This document shows, piece after piece, positions 39,558 to 49,536 of a stretch of 64,000 nucleotides of DNA. The notes under the pieces are model-generated. The model had not been told where the DNA came from and did no database searches. It saw nothing but the letters and a program-made list of their open reading frames with translations. Source of the DNA: a virus. Where the stretch lies: IMG/VR virus record IMGVR_UViG_3300023174_000102, positions 34,311 through 98,310 of that record, one strand, 5' to 3'. Both the position numbers and the translations under genes were made by a program. Each line of letters opens with the position of its first letter. Positions within the stretch are counted from its first letter, which is position 1.

Positions 39558-39723
39558 TAAAGTTTAAATCATATGAAGAACTTGCATATAATGCATTTTA
39601 CTCTTGCCATATAATTGGTTGTGAACTTGAAGCAGAAAAATTATATAGCAATGAAACACAAACCAGAGATGTCTGTATAAATCATTATACAGAATTAACA
39701 AAGTAATATCCTAGGAGGAAAAA

Positions 39724-40023
39724 ATGAACGAACAAATTAAAGCAGTTCTAGCGTCATACGGAAGATCAGTTCTTGGTGCAGCAACAGCGCTATATGCATC
39801 TGGTGTAACAGATCCGCAGACACTAGCATACTCACTACTTGGTGCACTTGTACCAGTTGTATTGAGAGCAGCAAACCCTAACGACACAGCATTCGGAAGA
39901 ATGCCTTCAGTTGAAGAGGTTGATAAGGCAGTTAAATCTGCAAAGGTTGTTAAGAAGACCGCAAAGAAGGCTCCTGCAAAGAAGTCATCAGGTGGCGGAA
40001 GAACAAACAGCCAAGTAAAGTAA
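39724..40023 (+). CDS. Holin-like membrane protein
   Basis: 'SYGRS', two TMs, 'LRAANPND.AFG', basic tail. Confidence 0.6.
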   Translation: MNEQIKAVLASYGRSVLGAATALYASGVTDPQTLAYSLLGALVPVVLRAANPNDTAFGRMPSVEEVDKAVKSAKVVKKTAKKAPAKKSSGGGRTNSQVK

Positions 40024-40037
40024 TTTTACTATAGATT

Positions 40038-40070
40038 GACAGGCTTGTTATTTGACAGGCCTGTTTTTCT
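40038..40070. terminator. Probable terminator hairpin between convergent genes
   Basis: GACAGGCTTGTT/GACAGGCCTGTT hairpin followed by a T-run. Confidence 0.55.
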
Positions 40071-40086
40071 ATGCCAAGATATTTTA

Positions 40087-40776
40087 TTATGAATTTCTTT
40101 TTATATATATCTCATGGAACCCAAGATCATTTAGCACTACCCCATCAACAGACCAGTTATTGTTAAAATGTAAAAACTCATTTACGCTTTGATATATTCC
40201 TACAGGCATGTTGTAGTTGATGGAATCATAATTGATGTAAGAAGTAAATCCAATAACACCACCAATATTAACTATTTTAGAGCAATATTTTAGAGCATTC
40301 CTTACTATAAGTCTATTTGATATTGAGTCAAAAAGAATAAGATCATAATTATCTTTTAAAGTAAAAATAATATTCCTTGCATCTCCTTTTATTGTCTTTA
40401 TATTGGGATGGTAAGAAAACTTATCCTTTATGTATTCTTCATGCGTTATTGAGGTATCTTTTGGACCAATTCCACCTGGATGTCTAACTCCCTGAGCATT
40501 ATCATATAGATCTATTAGGTCTGCACTTTTAGCATTTGTTGTGTCTATAAACATTTTAGCAGACTCACCATAGCCAACACCTACTTCTAGATATGATATA
40601 TTCTTATTTAATGTTTTTGCATATTCATATTTTGAATTAAATAGCCTTGCACCATTTAATTGATTTTGAGATATAGGTATTGCTATTTCGATTTGATCCC
40701 AATCATGCACTTTTTCTTCATTGTAGGCGATAGGACTCATTACTTCTTTTCCTTGAGACCATTTTTTATTTATCAT
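40087..40776 (-). CDS. Class I SAM-dependent methyltransferase-like protein
   Basis: 'LEVGVGYGES', 'YDLILFD', 'GGVIG'. Confidence 0.75.
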   Translation of the reverse strand: MINKKWSQGKEVMSPIAYNEEKVHDWDQIEIAIPISQNQLNGARLFNSKYEYAKTLNKNISYLEVGVGYGESAKMFIDTTNAKSADLIDLYDNAQGVRHPGGIGPKDTSITHEEYIKDKFSYHPNIKTIKGDARNIIFTLKDNYDLILFDSISNRLIVRNALKYCSKIVNIGGVIGFTSYINYDSINYNMPVGIYQSVNEFLHFNNNWSVDGVVLNDLGFHEIYIKRNS

Positions 40777-40947
40777 ATATATAAGTATATCATCTAAAGT
40801 ATAGGTAGGTAGACACTATTCCAATTGAGACTTTGGCAGGTTTTATAAAGCATGCTTAATATTGGAGATTTATCAGGGTATTTACAGTGACAAGCAGGGT
40901 TGGATAGTGGTCCATAAACTGCTCATTTTCTATGCTATAATTTAAGT

Positions 40948-41562
40948 ATGAACAAAATAACAAAAAATGATATAGTTTTAGCAACACAACAAAAAAAGAT
41001 TCACATATCAAGAAATTTTATGCCAGACACTCTTTCTTGGTCAGACATAAGTGAGGTATATGACTTAGACAAAAATGTTGTATATATCTCTTTTGGATCA
41101 TTTCAAGCACAAGAAAGAGACATAATATTTCGTTATTATAAAAATGTACTAGATAGTATTGGTCAAATTTATAAAGGATACCCGCTTTTTGGTATGATCA
41201 TAGTACACTTTATAAATAGAAATAATAATATTATTAGTGATCCAGACTGTTTAAATTTGTTTAATAAGTTTCTTGAAGACAATCCTAAAAAAATTCCAGA
41301 GCACATTACTATTAGAGATCATGGAATGGACGGAGACCCTTGGGAATCTAAAGTTCATTTTGACAAAGAAAATAGAGTTTTTGTTCAAGGCGGAGGTCAA
41401 AGCCTATGGAGGCTTTTTGATGATTCAAACAATTTGACTGATGCAATTATATTAAACCCAGGAGATTTAGCATTTATACCAAAAGGGTTGCTACATAGTG
41501 TTGAGTCTGTAGGACCAAGACATTCAATAAGTATAGCCTTTTCTGATGAACCTGTGATATAA
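40948..41562 (+). CDS. Cupin/JmjC-like oxygenase
   Basis: 'HFD...LNPGDLAFIPKGLLHSV...R.SISI'. Confidence 0.75.
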   Translation: MNKITKNDIVLATQQKKIHISRNFMPDTLSWSDISEVYDLDKNVVYISFGSFQAQERDIIFRYYKNVLDSIGQIYKGYPLFGMIIVHFINRNNNIISDPDCLNLFNKFLEDNPKKIPEHITIRDHGMDGDPWESKVHFDKENRVFVQGGGQSLWRLFDDSNNLTDAIILNPGDLAFIPKGLLHSVESVGPRHSISIAFSDEPVI

Positions 41563-41620
41563 TATTAATGCCTGCCCAAAAGGGGGGTAAATTAACTTAT
41601 TCGCTTGAAAGGGGAATAAT

Positions 41621-42025
41621 ATGGTAACAACAGCACTGGATCTTTTTAATGATCCATTTTTTAATACCTTCTCAAACCTACAGAAGGTAACAACAACAAC
41701 AAACTATCCACCTTATAACCAGATCAAACTAAATGATACAGAGTATATTCTTTCATTTGCTTTGGCTGGGTTTTCTAAGGATGATGTCTCAGTATCGCTA
41801 GACAATCGCAAACTTACAATTAAGGGCGAGAAGCAGGATCCTGAGTTGCCAGAGGGTGCGGAGTATCTACATAAGGGCATTGCTGCTCGTAAGTTCACTG
41901 ATATCTTTACCCTTCCTGAGTTTGTCGAAGTTGTCGGGGCTGAATTTAAAGATGGTATCCTAGATATCAAACTTGAAAAGCAGATCCCAGAAGATAAACT
42001 ACCAAAAACTATTGAAATTCAATAG
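41621..42025 (+). CDS. Small heat-shock protein Hsp20
   Basis: 'NYPPYN', 'ALAGF', 'YLHKGIAARKF', 'DGIL'. Confidence 0.93.
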   Translation: MVTTALDLFNDPFFNTFSNLQKVTTTTNYPPYNQIKLNDTEYILSFALAGFSKDDVSVSLDNRKLTIKGEKQDPELPEGAEYLHKGIAARKFTDIFTLPEFVEVVGAEFKDGILDIKLEKQIPEDKLPKTIEIQ

Positions 42026-42038
42026 TATAATATAACAA

Positions 42039-42147
42039 ATTCCGATATAAGACTTAATAGGTTTTACAACGGATACTCGATTAAAAGAGAGTCAGCAGGC
42101 TGATGGTCGTGGCTGATAGACCTGAGCAGTCGTCTATAAACTGCTCA
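42039..42147 (+). ncRNA. Putative structured small RNA ending in pseudoknot copy 6
   Basis: TATAAT upstream; hairpins; 3' ATAGAC-CT-GAGCA-GTC-GTCTAT-AAAC-TGCTC. Confidence 0.5.
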
Positions 42148-42169
42148 TTTCCTATGCTACAATAGAATT

Positions 42170-42253
42170 GTCCCACACAGGACCTTAGAGATGGCATAGT
42201 TACCCATTGGATAGAGACCGTGGCGCAAGTCAGGTGAATTGCCTGTGTGGGGC
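42170..42253 (+). ncRNA. Putative ~84-nt structured small RNA
   Basis: 12-bp terminal stem GTCCCACACAGG/CCTGTGTGGGGC, GCAA tetraloop, TGnTACAAT promoter just upstream. Confidence 0.55.
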
Positions 42254-42280
42254 CTAATATTTGACGGTATAATGGTATCA

Positions 42281-42547
42281 ATGACTGACAAAGAGTTAGA
42301 CCATTATAATAAGCAGCAGTATAAAAAGATGCTTGCTAAGATAAAAGAGGATTCTGGCTGTGTAGACTGTGGTGTTGGTAATCATATAATCCTAGACTTT
42401 GATCACATAAGAGATAAGAAATACAACATATCAAGGATGATCCATGACGGGTTTTCTTGGAAGGCTATTAAGAAAGAGATAGAAAAATGTGAGGTGGTTT
42501 GCGCTAACTGCCATAGGATAAGGACTCATAATCGTCTTGCTGGATAA
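42281..42547 (+). CDS. HNH endonuclease
   Basis: 'CVDC...FDH...CEVVCANCHRIRT'. Confidence 0.85.
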   Translation: MTDKELDHYNKQQYKKMLAKIKEDSGCVDCGVGNHIILDFDHIRDKKYNISRMIHDGFSWKAIKKEIEKCEVVCANCHRIRTHNRLAG

Positions 42548-42567
42548 CACCATGATATAATGGTTAG

Positions 42568-43017
42568 ATGGAAGAATTGATCAACCTACTAAAGGTCCTA
42601 CTTGCAGATAACATTACCCTTAAACTTAAGGCTCATGGCTACCACTGGAATGTAGAAGGCGATGACTTCCCACAGTTCCACGATTTTTTTGGGGACATTT
42701 ATGCAGACTATGAGTCAGCAACAGATACATATGCAGAATGGCTTCGTAAATTAGATGCTTATGCACCATTTAAATTGTCTAGATTTATAGAACTCAATGA
42801 GGTTGGTGAGCCAGATGTAACATCTGATCCAATGATGATGTCTGCCGACCTGCTTATGGCAAATGATATGGTACTTGCAAAACTAACTGATGCAGTTGAG
42901 ATGGCTACAGCAAATAGACAACATGCACTTGCAAACTTCTTTGCAGAACGCATGGACCAGCATCAAAGATGGCATTGGATGCTATCTGCATCAATCAAAC
43001 CAATTGGAGAAGAATAA
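42568..43017 (+). CDS. dps: Dps/ferritin-like protein
   Basis: 'HGYHWNVEG..F...H..F', 'D..AE', 'WML'. Confidence 0.9.
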   Translation: MEELINLLKVLLADNITLKLKAHGYHWNVEGDDFPQFHDFFGDIYADYESATDTYAEWLRKLDAYAPFKLSRFIELNEVGEPDVTSDPMMMSADLLMANDMVLAKLTDAVEMATANRQHALANFFAERMDQHQRWHWMLSASIKPIGEE

Positions 43018-44162
43018 TGACAAGTTTATACAAGAGTGAAGCATCAATAGCAACATCACCAAACCCAGAAAACCCTTCTGACTCTATTAACCCAACAGTT
43101 GGAATGGCTAAGCCTGCAGTAATGCCAGCAGGAAAGAAAAAGAAAAAGAAGTATCGTGCTGCTAAGTCAATCGAATCAACAACTATTTTAAAAGACATGG
43201 TTGCTGAAGGTGACTTTGTTATTGTTGTATGTGAAGATGAAACTCATGTAGGAATTGTGCAGTATGTAATGACTGAAGGAATGCTTGGAATTGCTACATC
43301 CGATTATGCAATTGAGGCATCAGCAGAAAATCCAGCAGTACTTGTTCGTACACTTGAACTTGAAGAAGATGAGGGTATCTGGCAAGAATCAGAATATCTA
43401 GTTGGTGCAGAATCAAAGATGGTTACTAAGATTGAGCCACTTGCACTGGAAATAGAAGTAGTGTCAAATGGATATAAAGATTGTGGATGTCCTACATGCG
43501 AAGCATTAAATGTTGATTGTGAAAACTGTCCTGTATGTTCTCCAATGCCTGGAACTGATTCTGAAGTTGAGATGGCAATGTATGATTCATCTGTTGGTAA
43601 GTCAGAGTGTTGCTCAGGAAATATTTTAAAGCAAGCACCTTGCTGGGATGGTTATGTTCAGCGTGGCATGAAGCCAGGAGATAATGGAAAGATGGTTCCT
43701 AATTGTGTTCCTGCTGCAAAAGCAGATGATTTATTTGAAGATGACGACACAGTTGAATACGATACAGACACAGTATCAAAGGCTGATGGATACTCACCAC
43801 CAGCAGGAGCAAGATCTGCTGCTCGTAGAGCAATTAAGTTTAAGGAAGATGGAAAGGCTAATGGTGCAGGAACTGCAGTTGGCTGGACTCGTGCAGGGCA
43901 GTTAGCAAGAGGAGAGTCACTATCTCTTAGCACTGTTAAGAGAATGTACTCATACTTCTCACGCCATGAAGTAGACAAGAAGGGTAAGGACTGGGGTAAT
44001 ACAGCAAATCCTTCTAACGGATACATCATGTGGTTAGCATGGGGTGGAGATGCAGGTTTCTCATGGTCAAGAGGAATTGTAAATCGTGAAAAGGATAAGG
44101 CTTTGTTTGCTGACTTTGGAAAAGATTATACAAGAAACAAAACAGAAAGACATTCACTATAA
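43017..44162 (+). CDS. Multi-domain putative virion/morphogenesis protein
   Basis: 'CWDGY...VPNCVP' motif; C-terminal 'GT.VG..RA.QLA...TVKRM.SYFSRH...WGG' domain. Confidence 0.5.
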   Translation: MTSLYKSEASIATSPNPENPSDSINPTVGMAKPAVMPAGKKKKKKYRAAKSIESTTILKDMVAEGDFVIVVCEDETHVGIVQYVMTEGMLGIATSDYAIEASAENPAVLVRTLELEEDEGIWQESEYLVGAESKMVTKIEPLALEIEVVSNGYKDCGCPTCEALNVDCENCPVCSPMPGTDSEVEMAMYDSSVGKSECCSGNILKQAPCWDGYVQRGMKPGDNGKMVPNCVPAAKADDLFEDDDTVEYDTDTVSKADGYSPPAGARSAARRAIKFKEDGKANGAGTAVGWTRAGQLARGESLSLSTVKRMYSYFSRHEVDKKGKDWGNTANPSNGYIMWLAWGGDAGFSWSRGIVNREKDKALFADFGKDYTRNKTERHSL

Positions 44163-44294
44163 TGCCAAAGAAAAAAGCATCAGCATTTAACCCTATTCAG
44201 ATTAAAGATGGATGGATTGTTAGACTATATAAAGATGGTCGAGTCAAGTCTAAGATCGCACCATATGAAGTAAAGCATCCTAAAAAATAATGTT

Positions 44295-44321
44295 GGGTAG
44301 TTTTAAGTCATACCCAGGACT
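44295..44321 (-). ncRNA. H-type pseudoknot motif, copy 2
   Basis: AGTC-CT-GGGTA-T-GACT-TAAAAC-TACCC at the strand convergence point. Confidence 0.65.
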
Positions 44322-44326
44322 ATTAA

Positions 44327-44461
44327 TTACTTTCGCTTTGTAAAACCAAACATCTTTTCTTTTGCATTGCTTGCTGCTTGCTTAAACCCATAAACATATG
44401 AGCCAATCATTAAGCCAACAATTGCTGTTGAGTGTAATAAATAAAATATTGCGCTTCTCAT
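44327..44461 (-). CDS. Small membrane protein (44 aa)
   Basis: MRSAIFYLLHSTAIVGLMIGSY..., AAGGAG SD. Confidence 0.5.
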   Translation of the reverse strand: MRSAIFYLLHSTAIVGLMIGSYVYGFKQAASNAKEKMFGFTKRK

Positions 44462-44474
44462 TTACTTTTCTCCT

Positions 44475-46526
44475 TTAAAATAGATCAGCATTCATTACCT
44501 TTGTCCATGCAGAAACAAAATCATGAACAAACTTTTCCTTAGCATCGTCTGATGCATATACTTCAGCAATTGCTCTGAGTTCTGAGTTAGATGCAAGTAC
44601 GAGATCTACACGAGGGATACCCACTGCCTGATATGCATTTGTATATGAAAGTAATTTAACTAAATAACTATTGTCTAACTTTCCATTATCCAGCATTCTT
44701 ATTCCAGACAATAGCAGAACCATTTCTACTGGAGTTAATCCTAATAAATTAGACTTTTCTACCAAAAGAACCTCTTCTGGAGCAGTGATACTTGGATGAA
44801 TATAGTTGCGGAAAGCGTCAAACTTTGGTTCAAGAACTGCAAATGATTCAGAATCTGTTTGCTCTTGAGTTGCATCTCCACGACTAAACTTTGCATTAAT
44901 AACTACACCAATGTCAGAATTATGTGCAGCAAGTTGAACTCCAACCAAACCAGCAAAAACAATTAGGTCTGCAAGAGATACATCAAATTCAGATTTTATT
45001 TCATTTAAAACAGACACAACTCTGTTAATTGCTTCATGGTCATTTACTTCCCATGTATTCTGTGGAGCAAGAACAATTCTTGCACCGTTAGCACCACCAC
45101 GCTTGTCTGTCTTACGGAATGTTGATGCAGAAGCCCATGCAGTAGTTGTCAAATCAGAAACAGATAAACCAGATGACATAATTTTTTCTTTAATTGCATC
45201 TACATCTTCTTGTGTAAGACTATCTCTTGTAGGCTTACCGACTGGATCTTGCCAGATAAGTTCTTCTGATGGAACTTCCTTACCAAGATATCTTGCAATA
45301 GGGCCCATATCTCTATGTGTTAACTTAAACCAAGCACGAGCAAACTGGTCTGAGAAGTAGTCAAAGTCCTCAAGGAATCTGCGTGAAATCTTCTCATACT
45401 CAGGGTCAAATCTCAATGCAAGGTCTGCTGTTGTCATAACTGGAGCATGAAACTTGCCCTCAACGTGTGCATCTGGAACTAAGTTAGCAGCAGACTCATC
45501 TGTTGGAATCCATTGAGTTGCACCAGCAGGAGACTTTGTTTGTGACCAATCATACTTAAACAATAACTTAAGGTATGAGTTATCCCATTTAGTTGGAGTT
45601 GCAGTCCAGGCACCTTCAATACCACTTGTGATTGTATGTTCTGCATTACCCTTGCCAAATGAATTCTTCCATCCAAGACCAAGTTCTTCAAGTTGAGCAG
45701 CCTCTGGATTAGGACCAACGTGTGAAGGATCTCCAGCCCCATGCGCCTTACCAAATGCGTGTCCACCAGCAATAAGTGCAACGGTTTCTTCATCATTCAT
45801 CGCCATGCGAGCAAAGGTTTCACGAATATCTCGTGCAGAAAGAACTGGATCAGGATTTCCATTAGGTCCTTCAGGGTTTACATAGATCAATCCCATCTGC
45901 ACTGCAGCAAGCGGGTTTTCTAACTCACGGTCTCCGCTATAACGGTTATCTGCAAGCCATTCTTTTTCTGTACCCCAGTAGGAATCATCTGATTCCCAAA
46001 CATCTGCACGACCACCAGCAAAACCAAATGTCTTAAAGCCCATGTTCTCAAGAGCAACGTTACCTGCAAGAATCATTAGGTCTGCCCATGAAATCTTCTT
46101 GCCGTACTTTTGCTTAATTGGCCAAAGAAGTCTACGAGCCTTATCTAAGTTACCATTATCTGGCCAAGAATTTTGTGGAGCAAATCTGTGTAGTCCTTCA
46201 CCTGCACCACCACGACCATCAGTTACTCTGTATGTACCAGCACTGTGCCATGCCATACGAATAAAGAATGGACCATAGTTACCATAGTCTGCAGGCCACC
46301 AATCTTGCGAGGTAGTTAGAAGTGTGTTAATATCATTCTTAACAGCATCAAGATCTAAACTATTAAACTCATTAGCATAGTCAAATCCATCTGGCATAGG
46401 GTCAGACTTCTCTGAATGCTTTCTCAACCCCGATAGGTCTAACTGATTAGTCCACCAGTCCTTGTTTGTTGTTGCATCCTTGCTAGATGATTTGCCAGTT
46501 ACTGGACATTTTTCTTCGCTCATCAT
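44475..46526 (-). CDS. katG: Catalase-peroxidase
   Basis: 'KCPV', 'RMAWH', '[10 protein letters not shown]', '[14 protein letters not shown]'; start reassigned to 46526/46523 because the longer ORF overlaps tRNAs. Confidence 0.95.
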   Translation of the reverse strand: MMSEEKCPVTGKSSSKDATTNKDWWTNQLDLSGLRKHSEKSDPMPDGFDYANEFNSLDLDAVKNDINTLLTTSQDWWPADYGNYGPFFIRMAWHSAGTYRVTDGRGGAGEGLHRFAPQNSWPDNGNLDKARRLLWPIKQKYGKKISWADLMILAGNVALENMGFKTFGFAGGRADVWESDDSYWGTEKEWLADNRYSGDRELENPLAAVQMGLIYVNPEGPNGNPDPVLSARDIRETFARMAMNDEETVALIAGGHAFGKAHGAGDPSHVGPNPEAAQLEELGLGWKNSFGKGNAEHTITSGIEGAWTATPTKWDNSYLKLLFKYDWSQTKSPAGATQWIPTDESAANLVPDAHVEGKFHAPVMTTADLALRFDPEYEKISRRFLEDFDYFSDQFARAWFKLTHRDMGPIARYLGKEVPSEELIWQDPVGKPTRDSLTQEDVDAIKEKIMSSGLSVSDLTTTAWASASTFRKTDKRGGANGARIVLAPQNTWEVNDHEAINRVVSVLNEIKSEFDVSLADLIVFAGLVGVQLAAHNSDIGVVINAKFSRGDATQEQTDSESFAVLEPKFDAFRNYIHPSITAPEEVLLVEKSNLLGLTPVEMVLLLSGIRMLDNGKLDNSYLVKLLSYTNAYQAVGIPRVDLVLASNSELRAIAEVYASDDAKEKFVHDFVSAWTKVMNADLF

Positions 46527-46562
46527 GTATCTCTTTCTCTCGTTTACTTCAATTATACCACG

Positions 46563-46634
46563 CACCCCTGGCAGGAATCGAACCTGCGACAAACGGATTA
46601 GAAGTCCGCTACTCTTCCGCTGAGTTACAGAGGT
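46563..46634 (-). tRNA. tRNA-Arg(TCT)
   Basis: Acceptor ACCTCTG/CAGGGGT; GCGGA-CTTCTAA-TCCGT; GGTTCGA. Confidence 0.9.
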
Positions 46635-46638
46635 CCAG

Positions 46639-46712
46639 TACATCTGGAAGGACTTGAACCTTCGGCTCTCTGCATATAAGGCAGGTACTCTAACCAACTG
46701 AGTTACAGATGT
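46639..46712 (-). tRNA. tRNA-Ile(TAT)
   Basis: Acceptor ACATCTG/CAGATGT; CTGC-CTTATAT-GCAG; GGTTCAA. Confidence 0.85.
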
Positions 46713-46716
46713 GTAG

Positions 46717-46791
46717 TACACCAGGTAGGACTTGAACCTACGAATAGCCGAATTATGAGTTCGGTGCCTTAACCAACTTGGCTACTGGTGC
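46717..46791 (-). tRNA. tRNA-CAT (elongator Met or Ile2)
   Basis: Acceptor GCACCAG/CTGGTGT; CCGAA-CTCATAA-TTCGG. Confidence 0.88.
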
Positions 46792-47148
46792 TAGACCTTA
46801 TTTAATTAATAAACCAAAGAATGTTCCTATTAAGAAACAAAGAATTCCAACCGTCCAATGATAGTAGGTTTTCATATGCTCTTTAATGATCGCATGCTTT
46901 ATTTCATCTGGTATCTTTTTTAGTTTATCGTAATCAATCACGACTATCTCCAGTTCTAGTTAGGCACTGACCGCAATGACCCAAGAACAATTTCTTCTCT
47001 GATCCTTTGCTGTCTGCGCTCAAACCTTGAAAGATGTGGCTTTGCTTGTGTTCTTTTCTTGTTCTTTGCTGCTCTCTTGATCTTATGTTGAGAGACTTTA
47101 TTGTTTGTCTTTTTCATGTACTAATCATACCATTCTCCATACTGTGTG

Positions 47149-47598
47149 TCAACTCTTATCCCCATCCCATGTTCCTATTTTTGTTGTGAGAATCTCGTGA
47201 TCTTTCCATAATTTTATTACATTAGGATTATCATCAACAGCATAAGTTACGTCCCATAAACTACTTATCTTATCAAGAATATCTTTTTTTACTTCATAGT
47301 CTGGTCTATTATCATTGTCTGCCCTCATAAATAATGCATGAGATCTTATATTGTTTTTGGCAAGCCACATAGAAGTTAGCCCACGATATTTTTCTTTGCG
47401 AGATGTTACAACTAAAATACAGTGTCCATCACTGACAGAATTATTAAGCATTTCAACAACATCTATATTTGGCAGGGCATCAATAGAGGCCTCATGGAAG
47501 GCGTTGTAATCCCTATTAGAGCCACGAACATAATGAAGGTATGCATCTACATTGGCTAGAGTGCCATCTATATCATATATATGTGCTGTTGGTTTCAT
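47149..47598 (-). CDS. HAD-family phosphatase (polynucleotide kinase/phosphatase C-terminal type)
   Basis: 'DIDGTLA', 'VTSR', 'MRA..D.RPD..VK', 'VDD'. Confidence 0.85.
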   Translation of the reverse strand: MKPTAHIYDIDGTLANVDAYLHYVRGSNRDYNAFHEASIDALPNIDVVEMLNNSVSDGHCILVVTSRKEKYRGLTSMWLAKNNIRSHALFMRADNDNRPDYEVKKDILDKISSLWDVTYAVDDNPNVIKLWKDHEILTTKIGTWDGDKS

Positions 47599-47614
47599 AT
47601 CTTAAGTATACTCT

Positions 47615-48625
47615 TTATACTTGTTTTTCATTATATAGATTGTAAAAAAAATCTGCAAAGTGTTCTTGAACATGTATTCCTGGATGAGAATATTCAGTAC
47701 TTTTTTTACCATCAATAAAATAGTAGTCAGAACCTTGGTTCCAAGATGGATGATCTCTGAACTCGTGTTCATGAGCACCTGAATTGCACATATTGCTTAT
47801 AAATGATCCAGGACCATCAAAACTGTCACCAGCAGTATAAAATGTTGTAAAATTTTTTAATTTAAAATTTTCTATTTTGCCTAATTCTTCTAAAATATAA
47901 GAACTTGGAGCGTTCCAGGTTGTCCAATATAGTTTTATGTTGTTTGCTAAACAAAATGCTTCTAAAATATAAATAAAATTAACAGAGTCTAATATTAGTT
48001 GGTGTGGAGAGACTGAATCCTCTATGTATTTTTGATTTTCTATTTCCATAAAGATTGACTTTTTGTCTTTAATTATTACTGGGTTACAAAAAATATATTC
48101 TAGTTTATCTTTTGTTCCAATATCTCCTCTGACAACTCTTGATTTATAAAATTCTTTATCTACCACAACCATACTTCTAAAAAAATCTGGAAATAAACAA
48201 AAAATTTCTTTTGGCATTTTAGTATTTAAACAGTATTGAATTATGTTAGTGCAAATACTTTTTACTGATCCTCCAGGATTTCCTAAGTTAGTAACACTTT
48301 TATTAATTTTTTTGCTTAAAAGGTTTGTCCACCTACCTAATTCTGGAACACCAATACCAAATGTTATAGAGCAACCAGATGCAATTATGTCTGAATTTTC
48401 GTCAATCTCTCCTCTGCAACCAATAGAGTTTATTTCGTATGTATTTTCCTCATCAATTGTTTCTAAAGAATTTCCTTTACTAATACGCTCTGAATGAACA
48501 GGATTTTTTCGAAATGGCCCATAGAATCCAACATGTGTTGTATCTGAAAAAAATTTGTTTAAGTACCAATCATTTTCTTTTTCTAATTTATAAAAAGAAA
48601 GAATATCTCTTGTTAAAAATTTCAT
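47615..48625 (-). CDS. SGNH-hydrolase-like protein
   Basis: 'NSIGCR', 'SGCSITFG', 'NLGNPG', 'HPG'. Confidence 0.55.
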   Translation of the reverse strand: MKFLTRDILSFYKLEKENDWYLNKFFSDTTHVGFYGPFRKNPVHSERISKGNSLETIDEENTYEINSIGCRGEIDENSDIIASGCSITFGIGVPELGRWTNLLSKKINKSVTNLGNPGGSVKSICTNIIQYCLNTKMPKEIFCLFPDFFRSMVVVDKEFYKSRVVRGDIGTKDKLEYIFCNPVIIKDKKSIFMEIENQKYIEDSVSPHQLILDSVNFIYILEAFCLANNIKLYWTTWNAPSSYILEELGKIENFKLKNFTTFYTAGDSFDGPGSFISNMCNSGAHEHEFRDHPSWNQGSDYYFIDGKKSTEYSHPGIHVQEHFADFFYNLYNEKQV

Positions 48626-49236
48626 AATTAATTATATCACAAGGCCATAGAAGTTATTATGAGTCTTTATTAGTCTTGATTTACTTTGTATGTCATAATA
48701 AAATAACATGTTACGTAGCCCGCAATAAATGCTGGCAATAAAAAAAATAAACTAATCATTCAAAATCTACCTGTCTCTCAAACATACTCTCTTCTCCTCT
48801 TGCAACCTTTGCTGCAAGCATACGCATTCCCAATCCGTTTAGTTGTGCGTTGTCTTCTCCAAGATCAATGGCTTCAATAGCCCTTGCAATCTCTTCTCTT
48901 AACATTATTTCATCTAAACTCATTTAGTTTGTTCCTTCTCATCTTTTTCCCATACTTTCTTTCCATCTTTGTAGACAGGCCAGTAGCCCAAGGCTCTCCA
49001 ATCCATCTTAGTAATCTTAGGCTCTCTTGGCACACCACACCTGCCCATCACTCATAGTCTGATGAGTTTCCCAAAATAAAGGATCTTTTTTTGACATCTC
49101 ACACTTCAAGCATTCGTTCTTCATTGTCTATGCCGTTTCTTATTGCCAAACTTAGATTTAACATCAGCCTTAGCCTGATTAACTATTGCATTCGTAATGT
49201 CTTCAACATCAAACTCTTGGTCAAACTCTGCTTCAT

Positions 49237-49536
49237 TCATTCTGATTCCTTAATATGATTTAGTTTAGTATTGTAATAATTAGTAGAGGAACCGTGTTTC
49301 ATTTTTCTTAACTTCTTCCACACTGCAAATTTAAGACCAAGTTTTGTATAGGCAAGCCCACCCCTACCCATCCTGCTATAGTAAACTTCATTGTAGCGAT
49401 TAGATAGTTCTTGATTAAACTGTTGAACTTCCCAAAACATAGCATGCTTGCCATATCTCCAGTCCTTCTCAATTTTTACCCTGATTAATTCAGCAGGTGG
49501 TTCAATTTGTGAATATGTTTCTTTACGCTGTTTCAT
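49237..49536 (-). CDS. Hypothetical protein
   Basis: 99-aa ORF in the minus-strand run. Confidence 0.5.
   Translation of the reverse strand: MKQRKETYSQIEPPAELIRVKIEKDWRYGKHAMFWEVQQFNQELSNRYNEVYYSRMGRGGLAYTKLGLKFAVWKKLRKMKHGSSTNYYNTKLNHIKESE

Noticed and set aside
42200-42240. Resemblance to a glycine riboswitch (AGAGACC...TCAGGT)
   Set aside because: Lacks the CCGAAG/CTCT core, and the downstream gene has its own promoter
46527-46721. 65-aa N-terminal extension of KatG in the ORF track
   Set aside because: It runs through two tRNA genes; a promoter and purine-rich SD precede the ATGs at 46526/46523
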